Positions 34,150-34,549 of a stretch of DNA of 34,549 nucleotides are shown one piece after another. Location: positions 1 through 34,549 of the IMG/VR virus record IMGVR_UViG_3300036943_000097; one strand, given 5' to 3'. The DNA is from a virus (Duplodnaviria; Caudoviricetes). Numbering within the stretch: the stretch's first letter is position 1; each line of letters begins with the position of its first letter. The position numbers and the translations under genes were made by a program. A model generated the notes under the pieces. It did no database searches and was not told the DNA's origin. It worked only from the letters and a program-made list of their open reading frames with translations.

Positions 34150-34549
34150 ACGTCCACATCCATGTTCTGTGGCATCAGTTCCAGAGTTTCGACCACGTCG
34201 TCAGCGTCGATGGCGGAGGTGTCGTAGCTTGTGACACCGCAGTTCTTGAAGTTGAACACAATGGTATCGCTGACGCCGTAGGAGACTGTCAGGGTTCCAT
34301 CGACCTTCGCACCGGCTATCATCAGCGACGCCGCCTCATCATCGGTGTTGCGTAGATGGTCTATACTTACCGTATATTCGTAGTTGCCTATGCCCTGATA
34401 GGACGGGTCTTCCGCACCCAGCCCGTAGCGGTTCTCCACGCCTGTTGCGACTGTGATACTGGCACTCTGCACCGTGCTGGATGAGAGGGTTCCGACCACC
34501 ACTGCGGCGTCGGTCCACTCCAGCGGAGAGAGGGCGTATGTCGGGGAGA
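34146..34549 (-). CDS. Tail tube protein, 3' part (5' part at 602-1)
   Basis: In frame with the ORF that begins at 602. Confidence 0.85.
   Translation of the reverse strand, partial: SPTYALSPLEWTDAAVVVGTLSSSTVQSASITVATGVENRYGLGAEDPSYQGIGNYEYTVSIDHLRNTDDEAASLMIAGAKVDGTLTVSYGVSDTIVFNFKNCGVTSYDTSAIDADDVVETLELMPQNMDVDV
34423..34549. repeat. Terminal direct repeat, copy 2
   Basis: Identical to 1-127. Confidence 0.97.

Overview
The window looks like a complete circular (or circularly permuted) genome of a tailed archaeal virus with a siphovirus-type tail. It is 34,422 bp once the 127-bp terminal overlap (1-127 = 34423-34549) is removed. All credible genes are on the minus strand. Archaeal signs are TATA boxes about 23-31 bp upstream of leaderless first genes, GAGGTG/GGTGA ribosome-binding sites, an Hjc resolvase and archaeal RHH regulators. 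Packaging and head module: terS, terL, portal-MuF fusion, ChaB-protease-scaffold, capsid protein, decoration paralogues and a 1330-aa mosaic adhesin. Neck and tail module, which crosses the contig junction: adaptor, terminator with an inserted GLUG domain, tail tube, -1 frameshifted chaperone, short tape measure, Dit-like and hub proteins. Other modules are a separately promoted membrane-protein operon, an ERF/PD-(D/E)XK recombination module, a structured non-coding control region and an SF2 helicase with many small genes. I recognised no integrase, polymerase, primase, reverse transcriptase, endolysin, tRNA or CRISPR array. The most striking unexplained signal is a perfect 73-bp inverted repeat that is translated in opposite orientations in two structural genes and brackets the capsid cluster. 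Product calls rest on recalled motifs and gene order, not on database searches.
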